DNA of 47,655 bases, taken from contig JBFMEZ010000011.1 in NCBI GenBank assembly GCA_040753215.1, positions 1 through 47,655 of the forward strand, given 5' to 3'. The notes below the pieces were generated by a model. The model had not been told where the DNA came from and made no database searches. It saw only the letters and a list, made by a program, of their open reading frames with translations. The stretch is from Candidatus Micrarchaeota archaeon (lineage in GTDB: Archaea > Micrarchaeota > Micrarchaeia > Anstonellales > Bilamarchaeaceae). This document shows positions 47,414 to 47,655 of this stretch, piece by piece. Both the position numbers and the translations under genes were made by a program. The first letter of the stretch is position 1. Every line of letters starts with the position of its first letter.

Positions 47414-47655
47414 TCCAAGTCTTGCGTGGTCTTCAGGTCTTGTGTGACTTTCAGGACCCTCAGGACAACCCAAGACTTCACGCCGTGGAGGTTCACCAGA
47501 CTCCAGGACCTCCAAGACCTGGAGACCCCAGAGATTATTAAAGCCGATGCCCATCAGTGGTTGTCTCCAAGTCTTGCGTGGTCTTCAGGTCTTGTGTGAC
47601 TTTCAGGACCCTCAGGACAACTCAAGACTTCACGCCGTGGAGGTTCACCAGACTC
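47414..47655. repeat. 152-bp tandem repeat (at least 1.6 copies, runs off the window edge)
   Basis: 47414-47503 and 47566-47655 are identical except one base (aacCcaag/aacTcaag). The preceding TTAAARCCGATGCC is also repeated. Confidence 0.9.

Noticed and set aside
47399..47599. 66-aa ORF over the terminal repeat
   Set aside because: The 152-bp period is not a multiple of 3 and the translation is low-complexity, so it is probably spurious.
47414..47655. CRISPR array
   Set aside because: No short repeat with unique spacers is visible, and there are no cas genes in the window.
1..47655. tRNA, rRNA, RNase P or SRP RNA genes
   Set aside because: No intergenic gap showed a cloverleaf or recognisable conserved RNA motifs by eye. 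tRNAscan-SE/Infernal would be needed to exclude them.

Overview
Archaeal chromosomal segment. The gene set (class I LysRS, LonB, Csl4, RpoL, aIF-1A/aIF-2beta, RIO1, NAC, eS1/uS15/eL15, a complete A1AO ATP synthase operon H-I-K-E-C-F-A-B-D), the TATA-driven mostly leaderless starts and the many helical orphan genes suggest a DPANN lineage such as Micrarchaeota (inference). Housekeeping genes include rtcB (with a 133-aa mini-intein), topA (with a 520-aa LAGLIDADG intein), thpR, pmbA, rdgB, purC, argS, ahcY and an AmmeMemoRadiSam radical SAM gene. Accessory content includes a HEPN-MNT pair and a broken antitoxin/GNAT module. The two most unusual signals are (1) a 1147-aa protein made of ten ~86-aa helix-turn-helix repeats with hypervariable putative recognition helices plus a degenerate methyltransferase-like domain, a candidate modular DNA reader; and (2) a dispersed set of small palindromic elements bounded by AACCTC...GAGGTT. 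These sit in or at the 3' ends of topA, atpE and rdgB and alter the encoded proteins, and the same end motif recurs in a 152-bp tandem repeat at the right edge. All assignments come from motif recognition by eye; no database searches were run.
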